In this document: piece by piece, positions 49,041 to 63,167 of the stretch
Position numbering within the stretch: the stretch's first letter is position 1
Layout of the letters: the number at the start of each line of letters is the position of its first letter
NCBI RefSeq assembly: GCF_964194155.1
Contig: NC_135901.1
Span: forward strand, 20,584,001-20,648,000
Direction: 5' to 3'
DNA from: Cetorhinus maximus
Taxonomy: Eukaryota
Length of the DNA stretch: 64,000 nt
Translations under genes and position numbers: made by a program
The notes under the pieces: model-generated
Told to the model about the DNA's origin: nothing
The model's input: the letters and a program-made list of their open reading frames with translations, nothing else
Databases searched by the model: none

Positions 49041-50162
49041 ATGGACACGGGGACCATGGAGAAACCGTGGAAATGTGAGGACTGTGGGAAAGGATTCAAT
49101 TATCCATCCCTTCTGGAAATCCATCGACGCAGCCACATTAGGGCCGACACTTTGGAGAAACCGTGGAAATGTGAGGACTGTGGTAAAGGATTCTATTATC
49201 CACGCCAGCTGGAAATGCATCAGCGCAGTCACACTGGGGAGAAGCCGTTCATCTGTTCCATATGTGGGAAGGGATTTACTCGAACATCCTGCCTCATGTT
49301 ACACCAGAGAATTCACACTGAAGAGAGGCCGTTCAGCTGCACATACTGTGGAAAGAGGTTCAGGCGGTCATCCCATCTCACTGCACACCAGCAACTTCAC
49401 ACTGGGGAGAGGCTGTTCACCTGCTCTGTGTGTGGGAAGGGATTCACTCATTCATCCGGTCTTCAGTCACACCAACAAATTCACACTGAAGAGAAGCCAT
49501 TCAACTGTACTTCCTGTAGAAAGAGGTTCAGGCATTCATCTGCCCTTGTTGAACACCAGCGAGTTCACACTGGGGAGAAGCCATTCACCTGTTCTGTGTG
49601 TGGGAGGGGATTTGCTCGGTCATCCACCCTGCTGTCACACCAGCGAATTCACACAGGGGAGAGGCCATTTTACTGTACTTGCTGTGGAACGAGGTTCAGG
49701 CGTTCAGCCGACCTCGATTCACATAAGCGAGTTCACACCGGGGAGAGGCCGTTCACCTGCTCTGTGTGTGGGAAGGGATTCGCTCAGTCATCCACCCTGC
49801 TGACACACCAGCGAGTTCACACTGGGGAGAAGCCATTCAGCTGCACTTCATGTGGGAAGAGTTTCAGGCTGTCATCCGCCCTCACTGCTCACCAACGCAC
49901 ACACACTGGGGAGAGACCGTTCACCTGTTCCGTGTGTGGGAAGGGATTCACTCAGTCTGGGAGCCTGCAATTACACGAACGCACTCACACTGGGGAGAAG
50001 CCATTCACCTGCTCCACGTGTGGGAAGGGATTCACTCAGTCTGGCAGCCTGCATTTACATGAACGCACTCATACCGGAGAGAAGCCATTCATCTGCTCCG
50101 TGTGTGGGAAGGGATTCACTCAGCCTGGCAGCCTGCTGAGACACCAGCGAGTTCACAAGTGA
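49041..50162 (+). CDS. ZNF-6: intact 13-finger C2H2 zinc-finger protein, no KRAB/SCAN/BTB visible
   Basis: Open 373-codon frame; Kozak ACCATGG at MEKPWKC (49056); 13 CX2CX12HX3H fingers with TGE(K/R)PF-type linkers; acceptor tcctttcacag near 48698. Confidence 0.9.
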   Translation: MDTGTMEKPWKCEDCGKGFNYPSLLEIHRRSHIRADTLEKPWKCEDCGKGFYYPRQLEMHQRSHTGEKPFICSICGKGFTRTSCLMLHQRIHTEERPFSCTYCGKRFRRSSHLTAHQQLHTGERLFTCSVCGKGFTHSSGLQSHQQIHTEEKPFNCTSCRKRFRHSSALVEHQRVHTGEKPFTCSVCGRGFARSSTLLSHQRIHTGERPFYCTCCGTRFRRSADLDSHKRVHTGERPFTCSVCGKGFAQSSTLLTHQRVHTGEKPFSCTSCGKSFRLSSALTAHQRTHTGERPFTCSVCGKGFTQSGSLQLHERTHTGEKPFTCSTCGKGFTQSGSLHLHERTHTGEKPFICSVCGKGFTQPGSLLRHQRVHK

Positions 50163-50529
50163 CTGCAAGGATTGGATTCTGCTATTATTGCTGCTGTTAA
50201 TCACGTCCAGAACTGATAGTCTGACAATATCTGGTTTGTTTCTGTTGATGTTAACAACCCAATAACTGGCTGGAGTTTAATACTCTGGAGATGTCACTGA
50301 TTTTCGGGGCTGCAGTATCCCTTTTTAAAAACACCATCTGTGATCTTTCCCCTTAATTCAAGAACCCTCAACAGGAACTCATTTACAATAAAATTATGAA
50401 CTTTTACTTCAATCTTAAATTGGCCTTTGCAAATTCAGTGTCTGACAGGTTCCACTGATTAACATCTCCAATTAGAAAGTGCGAATTAATCTTTGCTGAC
50501 AATCAGGATCAGTTCCACAGGACATGTGT

Positions 50530-50895
50530 GATACAAATATTTCGGAAAAACAAAGGTGACGGAGGAGATTGCAACAAACTACAGGGACATCTCACTCCTT
50601 CGTGTCACTGGGAAGGTCATCGCTGGGGTCATGCTTAAAGATTTCATCTACTTGTAGACTGAGTGTATCCAGAAGCACAGAGCTGACAGATCTACAGTGA
50701 GCGTGATCTTCTCCAGATGCCAGCTATGAGAGAAGTGCAGAGAACAGGATATACCTCTTTACCTTACAGCGTAGATCTCAGGAAAGCATTTGGCACCCTC
50801 AGCAGGGTAGGACTCGACAAGATTTTGGAGAAAATTGACTGTCCACCAAAACTACTCAGTCTCAGCCACTCCTTTCATGGCAACATGCAGTGTCC
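50530..50895 (+). mobile_element. RTE LINE fragment
   Basis: KGDGGDCN.YRDISLL..TGKV and VDLRKAFGTLSR.GL..IL.K..CPPKL. Confidence 0.82.
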
Positions 50896-50914
50896 TGATT
50901 ATTGACGCCATAAG

Positions 50915-51332
50915 ACTCTGATTATTAATTGAAATAATTCTGATTATTAATTAGCATCCTGGTAAGTGCAATAATTTTTTGGTTATTGAAGCGGTAGGCA
51001 GCTGATTATTATTGGGATTGGAACTGTAATTAATGTAATTAATGCTGATTATTAATGTATTAGGATGATGATTATTTATACAATAAGATCCTGATTGTTG
51101 ATGCAATGGCCACCAGAATATTAATGTAATAATATCATGATTATTAATGTGTTGAGATCCTGAATCTTAAAGTAATTGGACTCTAATCATTAATTTAATA
51201 GGAACCTGAGCATTGATGTAATAGGATCCTCATTTTGATGCAATAGGATTCTGATTATTAATGTTACAGTGTCTTGATTGTTAAATACATTATGATCCTG
51301 ATTATTAATACATTATGATCCTGATTGTTGAA
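50915..51332. repeat. Degenerate 23-bp AT-rich minisatellite
   Basis: Recurrent ctgattattaatgtaataggatc-like units. Confidence 0.85.
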
Positions 51333-51589
51333 GAAATCGACTTTTCAGAAAAAAATGAACACCGACCTTTTCGCAAGTGTTTTTTGCAGCAGCAATTGAG
51401 CCTCAGAGAGTCGTCCATTAGGCCACACCCACTAACAAAACAAAAACCGTGAGGATTTAAAGGGGCCTCGCAGCTGTCAGGAAACAGTTGGAGCTCCACG
51501 GCAGCCATTGCTGCCTCGGAGCTCGCGAGCCCAAATTCTTGTCTCACACCCCATTGCGGTCACGACCCTCAGTTTGGGAAGCCCCTCAC

Positions 51590-51880
51590 TTACACAGACT
51601 ATAAAATGGGAACTGGCTTTGAAAGCTCTTGTCACAGTCGAAGCATTTAAACCCTCTCCAGTATGAACTCGTTGGTGTGTTTGGAGGCTGGATGACTGAG
51701 TGAACCCCTTCCCACGCATGGAACAAGTGAACAGCCTCTCCCTGGTGTGCAGGCACTGATGACTTTCCAACTCAAATGAGTAATTAATCCCTTCCATTGT
51801 CCCCGCATTAACACGGTTTCTCCCCAGTGTGACTGAGCTTGTGTCTTGACGGGCCAGATGATTGGCTGAATCCTCGTTTA
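51590..51880 (-). pseudogene. ZNF remnant (ZNF-7 subfamily), truncated by a possible hAT-like MITE (about 51333-51586)
   Basis: [40 protein letters not shown]; cttgtgtcttgac..cagatgattggctgaa shared with 54914-54946. The adjacent agggcttcccaaactgagggtcgtgacc (minus) resembles a hAT terminus. Confidence 0.8.
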
Positions 51881-52269
51881 GGGATATGGGTTAAGAGTGG
51901 GGCAGTGGGATTAACCGGATTGCTCTTTGAAAGAGCCAGTGCAGATTCGATGAGCCAAGTGGCCTCCTTCTGTGCTGTACTATAATGAGATCATGTGATT
52001 CTATTACAGGATAATGATTCATAATAAACACCATATAATCGAATCATAGAACTGAGAAGGTGGACATTCCACACAAAGAAGGCAAACATTTCCCGCCTGA
52101 TTCAGGTCACTGTGTTTATGCATAAATACTAATTGGAAATTTTTTGCTAAAAATGTCTGCAGAAGGTTTGGGTAGAATGTGGGATTTGAACTCACGTTCC
52201 CAGATCCAAAGCCTCGGCCTCTGGAATACTAGTCCAGTGACATTATCACTGTGACATCATCAGCCCAAT

Positions 52270-53345
52270 GTTTAGGGTGAGAACACACACGGGCAGCAGA
52301 GTTTTGGATGATCTCGTCTCCAGGTTGTTGCGGGGGGGTGGGGTGGCAGGGCAGGGTGAATGTGAGAGACTGGCCAGGAATGTATTAGAATAGTCAAGTC
52401 ATGGGTATGAGGAGAATTTCAGCAACAGTTGAGCTGGGGTAGGGTGGAGATGGGTGACATTACGGAGGTGGAAATATCTGGTATTAATGATGGTGTGGAT
52501 ATGTGGCTGGAAAGTCATCTTGGGGTCAAATATGACACCAAGATTGTGAAAAGTGTGGTTCAGCCTCAGACAGTTCCCAGGGAGAGAGATGGACTCGGTA
52601 GTTAGGGAACGGAATTTGTAGCGGTGACTGAAGACAATGGCTTTTGTCTTCCCAATTTTTAATTGGAATAAATTTCTGCTCATCAAGTGCTGGATGTCGG
52701 ATAAACAGTTTGATAATTTAGTAATAGTGGAGGAATGGAGAGGGATGTTGGGGAGGTAGTACTGGGTGTTGTCAGTGTACATGGGAAAACTAACACAATG
52801 TTTTTGGATGATGTCGCCTAGTGGCAGCATGTAGATGAGAAATAGGAGGGTCCAAGAATAGATCCTTGGGGAAAATCAAGTTCAAGGACGTTGGAGAAGA
52901 AAGGGAGGTTGCAGGTGGTGTGGCAGTTTGCAAGGAAGGTGGGGTGAAGGGGTTTTTTCAGGAAGGGTAAGGATGAGAGGGGCATAACCAGAAGAAAGCG
53001 CACTCTGTTAACAATATCAGCAACATGGGGAAGATAGATGGTCAGCAATTTGGCAGGAATAGAATCGAGGGACCAGGAGGTGGGTTGCCTGCAGAAGAAG
53101 AGCTCTGACCGGGCATGATGGGAGATAGGAGAGGAACTGTGAATTCAGGGCTCAGACAAGGGGGAACTTTAGAGACAGTTTGGCCCATTGGCATAGTGGA
53201 AGGGAGGGGAGTAGCAGAGGCAGGTGAAAGGATTGTCTCAATCTTAGTGACAAAGAAGCTCCATGATCTCCTCACACTTGTGGTTGTTGGTAAGGATGGA
53301 GGAGACAGAGGAGAGGGAGAGCCCTTCAAAAGGAATTAACTTATA
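52270..53345 (-). mobile_element. L2 LINE fragment
   Basis: PQGSILGP, MLPLGDII.KH...YTDNTQ.Y, CLSDI..M..N.FQL.IGKT, NLGVIFD. Confidence 0.88.
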
Positions 53346-53361
53346 TATTAGCGACATCAAA

Positions 53362-53812
53362 GGGGGAGGCAGTGGTGTAGTAGTATCGTCATTGGATGAA
53401 TAATCCTGAGACCAGCTGGTAATGGTCTGAGGACCTAGGTTCAAATCCCACCACGGCATATGGTGTAATTTAAATTCAGTAAAAATCTTGAACAAAAAGT
53501 TTAATGATGACCATAAATTGATTGTTGTAAAAACCCATCTAGTTCACTCATGCCCTTTAGGGAATGAAATCTGCCGTCCTTTCCCGGTCTGGTCTACCAA
53601 AGCACTGTGGTTTATTTTTAAATGGCCCAGCAAGACACTCGGTCGTATCAAACCGTTATGATGTCTATAAGGAAAGAAACTAGACCTACACCACATGGAC
53701 TGCAGCGGTTCAAGAAGGCAGCTCACCACAGCCTTCTCAAGGGCAATTAGGGATGGGCAATAAAGGCTGGCCTAGCCAGCAAGGTCCACATCCCATGAAT
53801 GAACAAAAAAAG
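53362..53812 (+). mobile_element. tRNA-derived SINE with a long LINE-derived tail
   Basis: A and B boxes; ggactgcagcggttcaagaaggcagc..tcaagggcaattagggatgggcaataaa matches the LINE end at 31190-31297. Confidence 0.9.
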
Positions 53813-53975
53813 ATTCAACACACTGCATGTTTAGTACAAAGCTGATTTATTTTTTTCTTGTCAACAATATTTTCCCCTATAACTGATCTGGGATTTATTA
53901 ACATGAATAGGAACAGACACCACTGAACATGGTTCAGTCTTAGATGTGATTATCAGCAAAATCTAATCATTGTAG

Positions 53976-55138
<1,163 letters not shown>

Positions 55139-55744
55139 TGAAATCAATTTAAAACAGAAAAAAAGGAGTGAGAGAGACCCCACACAAACACAAAGACAGG
55201 TTGTGAAACTGAGCTGAAAGAATCTGGTAATTTGTGGGGCCGGCACCAGGAAAAAGTGACCATGAAAACTGCTGGATTGTCACAGAAACCCAACTGGTTC
55301 ACTGATATCCTTCAGGGAAGGGAACCTGTCACCCAGTCTGGGCCTACACAAGACTCTAGCCTCCATGTGGAGAGGAGAGTGAGAGAGGATTGGGATCCGA
55401 AGCAGAGGAGGAGAGGGATTTTCTATTTCTGCAACTTGACCAGAAATTTGACAGACTTTCTAAAACACTCCACCTCCACCACCTAGAGGAACAGGGTAAC
55501 AGGTGTATATGAACAGCATCACCTCCAATCTCCCCTCCAAGTCACACTCTGTCCTGACTTGACTGACATCCAGTACTGGATGAACACAAATTTCCTCCAT
55601 TTAAACATTGCCTTCAGTCCCCACTACCAACCCTAGACACTGACTCCAGCCCTCTGCTTGACAACAGTCTGAGTGTGAAACATCAGTATCATATTTGACC
55701 CCGAGACAAGCTCCCAACCACATATTGGCATCATCGTCAACACT

Positions 55745-58700
55745 TAAATGCCTTTTACCCGCACTATTCCCATAACCCTTTACATTATTGTTAATTAGAA
55801 ATCCATCAATCTCTACCTTAAACATACTCAGAGCTTCCACAGCCCCCTGGGGTAGAGAATTCCAAAAATTCACAACCGTCTGAGTAAAGAAATTTCTCCT
55901 CATCTCAGTCCTCAGTGGCTTACTTTGAAATTGTGTCCCTTAGTACTAGACTCCCCAACCAGGGGACACATCTTACCTGCATCTACCCTGTCTTATTTCT
56001 TTAAGTATTTTGTAGGTTTCAATGAGATCACCTCTCATTTTTTGAAACTGTAGAGAATACAGGCCCATTTTCTCCAAGGTCTCCTTATAAGACAGTCCTG
56101 TCATCCCCGGAACAAGTCTGGTGAACCGTTGTTGCATTCCCTCTATGGCAATAATATCCTTTCTGAGGTAAGGGGTCAAAACTGCACACACTGCTCCAGA
56201 GGCAGTCTAACCAAGCTTCTATATAAGTGAAGCAAGACTTCACTACTCCTGTACTCAAATCCTATTGCGATAAAGGCTAACATTCCATGAGCTGCATCTG
56301 CATGTTAGCTTTCAGTGACTTATGGACAAGGACACCCAGGTCCCTTTGTGCATCTACACTTTCTAAACTCTTACCATTTAGGAAATGCTCTACACATCTG
56401 TTCCTTCTACCAAAGTGGATAACCTCACATTTTTCCACATTATATTCCATCTGCCATGTCCTTGCCCACTCAGTCTGTCCAAATCCTTTTTTTTTGTTCG
56501 TTCATGGGATGTGGGCATCACTGGCCAGGCCAGCGTTCATTGCCCATCCCTAATTGCCCTAGTTCAGAGGGTATTTACGAGTCAATCACATTGTGGGGTC
56601 TGGAGTCACATGTAGACCAGTTAAAGATGGCAGATTTCCTTCCCTAAAGGGGCATTAGTGAACTAGATGGGTCTTTACAACATTCAACAATGGTTTCATC
56701 ATTTAGGCATTTAATTCCAGATTTTAAGTGAATTCAAATTCTCCCATCTGCCATGGCCGGATTCAAACCCAGGTCCCCAGAGCTTACCTGGGGTCTCTGG
56801 ATTACTAGTCCAACGACAATACCACGATGCCATCACCTCCCCTTGTAGCCACTTCACATCTTCCCCACAACACACATTCCCGCCTAGGTTTGTATCATCC
56901 ATGAACTTGGAAATATTACATTTGGTCCCCACATCCAAATCATTGACGTATTGTGAACAGCTGGGGCCCAAGTATTGATCCTTGAGGCCACGAGTCACAG
57001 CTTGCCAACACGAGAAAGACCTGCTTATTCCTGCTCTCTGTTTTCTGCCTGTTAGCCAATCCTTAATCCATGCCAGTATATTGCCTCTTATCCCATTTGC
57101 TTTTATTTTGCTAATCAACCTCCTGTGGGGGCACTTTATCAAAAGCCTTCTGAAAATCCAAGTACACCATGTCCATCGACTCTCCTTTACCAATTTTGTT
57201 TGTAACATCCTCAAAAAGCTCCAACAAGTTTGTCAAACATGATTTCCCATTTGCAAATCCATGCTGACTATGCCCAATCAGATCATGATTATCCAAGTAT
57301 CCATTTATCACACCCTTTACAATGGATTCTAGCATTTTCCTTACTACTGATGTAAGGCTAACAGGTCTGTAGTTCCCTGTTTTCTTTCTCCCTCCCTTCT
57401 TAAATAGTGGGGTGAAATTTGCTACCTTCTAATCTTCAGGAACCATTTCAGAATCTATAGAATTTTGGAAAATGATCACCAGTGTATCCACTATCTCTAT
57501 AGCAACCTCTTTCAACCCTCTGGGGTGCAGAATATCAGATCCCGGGAATTTATCAACTTTCACTCCCATTAAATTCTTCAATACAACCTTCTTACTTATA
57601 CTAAGTTCCTTCAACTCCTCATTTTCCCTAGTCCCTTGGATCTCTAAATCTGGGAGATTCCCTTTACCTTCCTGTGAAAACAGACACAAACTAATCATTT
57701 AGATTCTCTGCAATTTCTCTATTCCCCATTATGAATTCTCCTGACTCTGCCTGTAATGGACCCACATTTGTCTTAGCCAAATGCTTCCTTTTTACATCCC
57801 TACAGAAGCTTTTATAGTCCACTTTTATATTTTTTGCTGGATTGCATTCAAATTCTATTCTCTCTTTCCTTACTAGTTTCTTGGTCTTCCTTTGCTGTAT
57901 TCTAAAAACCTCCCAAACCTCAGGTTTACTACTACTTCTGCCAACATTATAAGCCTTTTCGTTTAGTCTTATGCAATCCTTAACTTCCTTTGTCAGCCAC
58001 GGTTGACTGACTTTTTGGGTTTTTGCACCTTGAATGAATGTATAGGTGCTGTAAGCTATGTAATAGTTCTTTGAAGCCTATCCATTGCCTATGTACAGAC
58101 ACATTTTAATGTATTTTCCCAATCCATCTCAGCCAATTTGTCCCTCACTCCTTCATAATTTCCTTTGTTCAACTTTAACACCCTTGCTTCAGAGTGAATT
58201 ACCTCACTTTCAAACATAATGTGAAATTCTATCATATTGTGGTCACTCATCCCTAAAGGATCTTTTACAAGATTATTAATTAGCCTCTTTTCATTACATA
58301 ATACCAAATCTAAAATATCCTGCCCTCTAGTCAGTTCCTTAATACACTGCTCGAGAAAACCATCCCTAACACATTCCAGAAACTCATCTTCCACAGCTTT
58401 AGTGCTCAATTGGTTTACCCGGTCTTTATGCAGATTGAAGTCATCCATGATTACTGCATTGCCCACGCTACATGCTTCTCTCACCCCTGATTAATACCAT
58501 GCCCCACATTACCACCACTGTTTGGTGGCTGATAAACAACTCCAATCAATGTCTAATGCCCTTTGCTGTTTCTTAGCTCCACTCAAACAAATTCCATGTA
58601 TTGTTCTTCCGATCTGAGATCCACCCTTACTAATGCACTGATTCCATCTCTTATTATCGGCGTAAGTCCACCTCCTTTCCCTTCTTGTCTGTCCTTCCTA

Positions 58701-59815
58701 AATGTCGAATATTCTTGAATATTCATGTCCCAGCCTTGGTCACCATGCAGCCATGTTTCTGTAATGGTGATTATATCATACTCATTCACCTCTATTTGTG
58801 CCTTCAGATCATCTACCTTACTGCAAATGCTGCGCGCATTCAGGTGGAGTGCCCTTAACTTTGTCTTTTTGACATAATTTCATATTCAAAGCATACTCAA
58901 AGCTCTGTTATTTCTTTTGCTTTATGGTCTCAATACTACTTCCTGTTACCAACTTTACTTTCTTCCAATTTGGACTACCCCCCCGACAAGCTTGTTTAAA
59001 CCCATGCGAACAGCACTAGCAATTCTCCCTGCAAGTATATCAGTCCCAGTCCTGTTAAGATGTAATCTGTCCAGCTTGTACAGGTCCAACCTGCCCCAGA
59101 AATGGTCCCAATGCCTCAGAAATCTGATGCCCTCCCTCCTACACCAGTTCTCCAGCCACGTATTTAATCGATCAATCCTCCTATTCCCATGCTCAGTAGC
59201 ATGTGGCACTGGGCGTAATCCTGAGATTACTGCTCTTGAGCTCCTGCTTTTTAATTTGCTCCCTAACTCCTTGAAATCTACTTTCAGGACCTCACCCCTC
59301 TTCATACTTATGTTGTTGGTATCATTGTGGACCATGACTTCCGGCTGATCCCCCTCCCCCCGAAGGATATCTGCAGCCACTCTGTGACATCCTTCACCCT
59401 GGCACCAGGGAGGCAACACACCATCCCCGAGGCACGTTTCTGCCACAGAAACACGTGTCTGATCCCCTGATTATGAAATCCCCTATCACTATTGCCCTTC
59501 CATTCTTCTTCCTCCCCACCCCCCGTACAGCTGAATCGCCTGTGGTGCCACAGGCTTGGCTCTGGCTGCACTCCTGAGAAACTATCGCCCTTATCAGCAT
59601 TCAAAATGGAAAACCAATTAGCAAGCAGGTTAGACTCAGAGGCTCCTGCACTACCTGCCTGGTTCTCTTAGACTGCCTGGTGGTCACCCATTCCCTCTCT
59701 GGCTGTACGTTTCTGATCTGCGGTGTGACTACCTCCCTAAATGTGCTTTCCACGTAGTCCTCTGCCTTGCAGGTGCACAACAGTGACTCCAGCCGCCACT
59801 CAAGTTCTGAAACCC
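55745..59815 (-). mobile_element. Near full-length decayed CR1 (ORF1 SGNH esterase, APE, RT)
   Basis: AIVIGDFIIRG, CCLPGARV, WCRREGIRFL..DRLHLN; ITETWL, DFN, SDHN; QHGF..KSCLTNLL. Confidence 0.92.
56488..56842 (-). mobile_element. tRNA-derived SINE nested in the CR1
   Basis: Reverse head, core and tail of the SINE family. Confidence 0.88.
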
Positions 59816-59819
59816 AGAA

Positions 59820-59955
59820 ATTCAGACAATGTAAATATTTTTCTTGGTTTGCGTTTACTGTGTGTGAATCCTCCCCTTCTAACCCCCTGTAAAAGGAGTT
59901 TCCAAAATCTATCCCTGTCAGTCCATGATGGAAATTCATAACATTCTCTTCTCGT
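59820..59955 (-). pseudogene. Extra copy of the ZNF acceptor/leader module
   Basis: Minus strand aactccttttacagGGGGTTAGAAGGGGAGGATT..CAAACCAA matches the start of every ZNF exon here. Confidence 0.78.
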
Positions 59956-60294
59956 GCTTCCTGGCCCAGGATGATCGCGTAAGCGCCCTGCTGCACATTG
60001 CCTTTTGTGGTCATTAGCAGTCCCTCGATTTGAGGATGATGTCTACTCAGGGTCATGAGTTTCTGCAATGGGTCTTCATGTCGCTGAACAGAGATGTGGG
60101 TGTTTGGACACATGAGGCAGAAGAACCCATGAGGTATTGGGATCAGAAGAGCAGGATTTGCTTCCTTTTCTTGCCTTCTGTGCACCGCACTGCCTCATCA
60201 ATAAGAGACTGGGATTTAAAGGGTAATGCAGGTTGATGGTCAAGTTGTCGCCATTCTGAACTATGGGGAACAAACTTTTCCCAATCATTAAAAA

Positions 60295-60660
60295 CATTGC
60301 CCCCTACAAAGATGGCGGCCGTACATGCGCCTGCTGCACGTTGCCCCCAATAAAGATGGCGACCCGGTCACTGGAAGTTGTGGCCTCGCTCCATGCAAAC
60401 GGGGGACCGATAAGATGTTTTTCTGGGTTTGGGCTTGCCCAACATGTTTACGAAGCCTCCCCGCCCACCCGCTGGATCCATCGCTCTCTCCGTCCCGCCA
60501 TCTCCCTCTTACCGATTGCGGATCTGACAAGAGTCTCTGCATCACCATTACCTGCACTATGCATGCTTCAGTCACAGCCCGGCCCCGCCCCTCGTTCACT
60601 CCGATTGGTTGGAGAACCAACCACCCCTGCGCGGTCCTCCAACCCCACCCCTTCTGATTG
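60295..60660. promoter_or_regulatory. CpG island, probable ZNF-7 promoter
   Basis: YY1-type AAGATGGCG at about 60309 and 60353, GC box ggccccgcccc at 60581, reverse CCAAT at about 60604. Confidence 0.72.
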
Positions 60661-60882
60661 ATACAAGCTTTTCAGAGATCTTGGGATTCACCTCAAATCG
60701 TTCCAGGGTGTTGCCCTTAAAGGGTAAATACACATCGTATTTTCATATAATTCTCTGCATCCAGATCTTTTTAAGCAAGCCTCGGAAATTAGGTAATAAT
60801 GAGTTGTTGCCCAGATTTAAAGTGATTTGCAAAAGAAGCAAATATGACGTGAGAAAAAACTTTTTCACACAACGAGTGGTTT

Positions 60883-61091
60883 GCTGGAAATCTGAAATAA
60901 AAACAGAAAATGCTGGAAAACTCAGCAGATCTGGCAACATCTGTGGAGCGAGAAACAGAGTTAACATTTAAAGTCCATATGACTTCTTAAGCTTTGAAGA
61001 AGAGTCATACGGACTCAAACGTTAACTCGATTTCTTTCTCCACAGATGCTGCCAGAGCTGTTGAGTTTTACCAACATTTTCTGTTTTTATT
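60883..61091. mobile_element. Miniature tails-out palindrome of two short PLE-tail elements, each with a decayed hammerhead
   Basis: Inverted arms of about 95 bp around aagctt (60989-60994). The plus arm reads agct-ttgaaga-a-gagtc-atacg-gactc-aaa-cgtt-aact. Confidence 0.85.
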
Positions 61092-61195
61092 AAACTATTA
61101 ATTTCTGTTCACAGGTTCTGATCTTATCCTAACCATGACTTGCTAGAACCAACTTTGATTGCAGATCATCAATTTTAAAATGTGTAAGTGCCTTT

Positions 61196-61972
61196 ACATA
61201 GAAAATAGGAGCAGGAGTAGGCCATTCGGCCCTTCGAGCCTGCTCCGCCATTCATTATGATCATGGCTGATCATTCAACTCAATAGCCTGCTCCCGCTTT
61301 CTCCCCATATCCTTTGATCCTTTTCGCCCCAAGAGCTATATCTAACTCCTTCTTGAAAACATACAATGTTTTGGCCTCAACTACTTTCTGTGGTGGTGAA
61401 TTCCACAGGCTCACCACTCTCTGGGTGAAGAGATTTCTCCTCATCTCAGTCCTGAATGGTCTACCCCATATCCTCAGACTGTGACCCTTGGTTCTGGATC
61501 CTCGCACCATCGGGAACATCTTTCCTGCATCTACCCTGTCTAGCCCTGTTAGAATTTTATAGGTTTCGATGAGATCCCCCCTCATTCTTCTGAACTCCAG
61601 CGAATATAATCCTAACCGACTCAATCTCTCCTCATATGACAGTCCCACCATCCCAGGTATCAGTCTGGTAAACCTTCGCTGCACTCCCTCTATAGCAAGA
61701 ACATCCTTCCTCAGATAAGGAGACCAATACTGCATACAATATTCCAGGTGTGGTCTCACCAAGGTCCTGTACAATTGCAGCAAGACATCCCTGTTCCTGT
61801 ATTCGAATCCTCTGGCTATGAAGGCCAACATACCATTTGCCTTCTTTACTGCCTGCTGTACCTGCATGCTTACCTTCAGCGACTGGTGTACGAGGACACC
61901 CAGGTCTCGTTACCCATTCCCCTCTCTCAACTTATAGCCATTCAGATAATAATCTGCCTTCCTGTTTTTGCT
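61196..61972 (-). mobile_element. Well-preserved CR1 3' segment
   Basis: Open 195-aa ORF2 C-terminus and tail catagaaaataggagcaggagtaggccattcggccc. Confidence 0.93.
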
Positions 61973-62204
61973 TACCCCTTTAAATTAAGTTAAACCTTTT
62001 GGAATATACTTAATATCAAATAATACTGATTACTCTAGGGCCCTTCTTCCCTGCTCCTCGTTGTTACAGAATATAGCCCTTACAAATGATGAATCACAAA
62101 ATAAGGCCTTAAAAACTATAAGCGATAAAAGTAGTAAATACTTACCCGACCGCACTTACAGGATCACCCCGTTCCCTCCTCACTGAACTCCCTCAGTCAC
62201 CTCT

Positions 62205-62340
62205 GCTGTCCTAGCTTCTCTTCAACTCCCGGCTCCTCTCGCGCTTCTCCTCAACTCTCGGCTCCTCTCACGCTTCTTTTCAACTCTCGGCTCCTCTCGC
62301 GCTTCTCTTCAACTCTCAGCTCCTCTCGCGCTTCTCTTTG
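62205..62340. repeat. 29-bp tandem repeat, about 4.5 copies
   Basis: Unit ttcaactctcggctcctctcgcgcttctc. Confidence 0.9.
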
Positions 62341-63167
62341 ACTTCTGATATCTTTCCAGCTGCCGGCTCCAGCAGGAGATTTTAATATTGGAAACTGAAA
62401 TTGCTTCAGAGGTGAGTACTTTTGACCATTCATTTACAATTTATAGCTGTTCGTGCTCTGCTCTGTTTTCTGTGAGAGGTTCCATGGCTCTGGGGCTGGT
62501 GTGACTCCTTTACTGTGAATCTGACTCCATGTCCATCCATTGCTCTGTTTCACCTCTGCCTTCCTTAATCACCTCTCTGCCATTGTCTAACTTCCTCTGT
62601 CTCTAATAATGAATGTATTTTAGTTATGTTTCGCATTTTACTGTTCCCTCTGCCAACCATATCTAAATGAGGTTTCCACCGCTACCCATCCCCCGACCAT
62701 GTTCCGCTGGCTTACCAGCTCTTCTGCTTTTGAGCTTTTATTGATCATCAAATTTTGCACCATTTTTGTTGCCTGTAATTCATTCTACAGATCCTGAATC
62801 ATTAATTTTGTTTCTCTCCACTGATTCCAGCATATATTGTCAGTCCCAGTTGCCTGTGGAGATGATGTTTGACCTTCTTGAACTGCTGCAGTCCATGTGG
62901 TGAAGGTGCTCCCACAATGCTGTTGGGTAAGCAGTTGCAGGATTTTCACCCAGTGATGATGCAGGCAAACACTTCTGTCTCTGATCTACAGACACCACAT
63001 TCTGAGAAGACTGAATTGAACAGTAAAGTTCCCCCAGGGCTCATGAGTGAGATGGAATGGCAATTATTGGAATTCTCCACTTAGAATAAAAGAGCAAAAT
63101 CACACCACCAAATGGTAATTGCAATGACTCACCCTGGGTACAGTTAATGGAATTTGTCAATCCATCA

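Noticed and set aside
48994-50139. Overlapping alternative-frame ORFs over the finger arrays
   Set aside because: Shadow frames typical of 84-bp C2H2 repeats.
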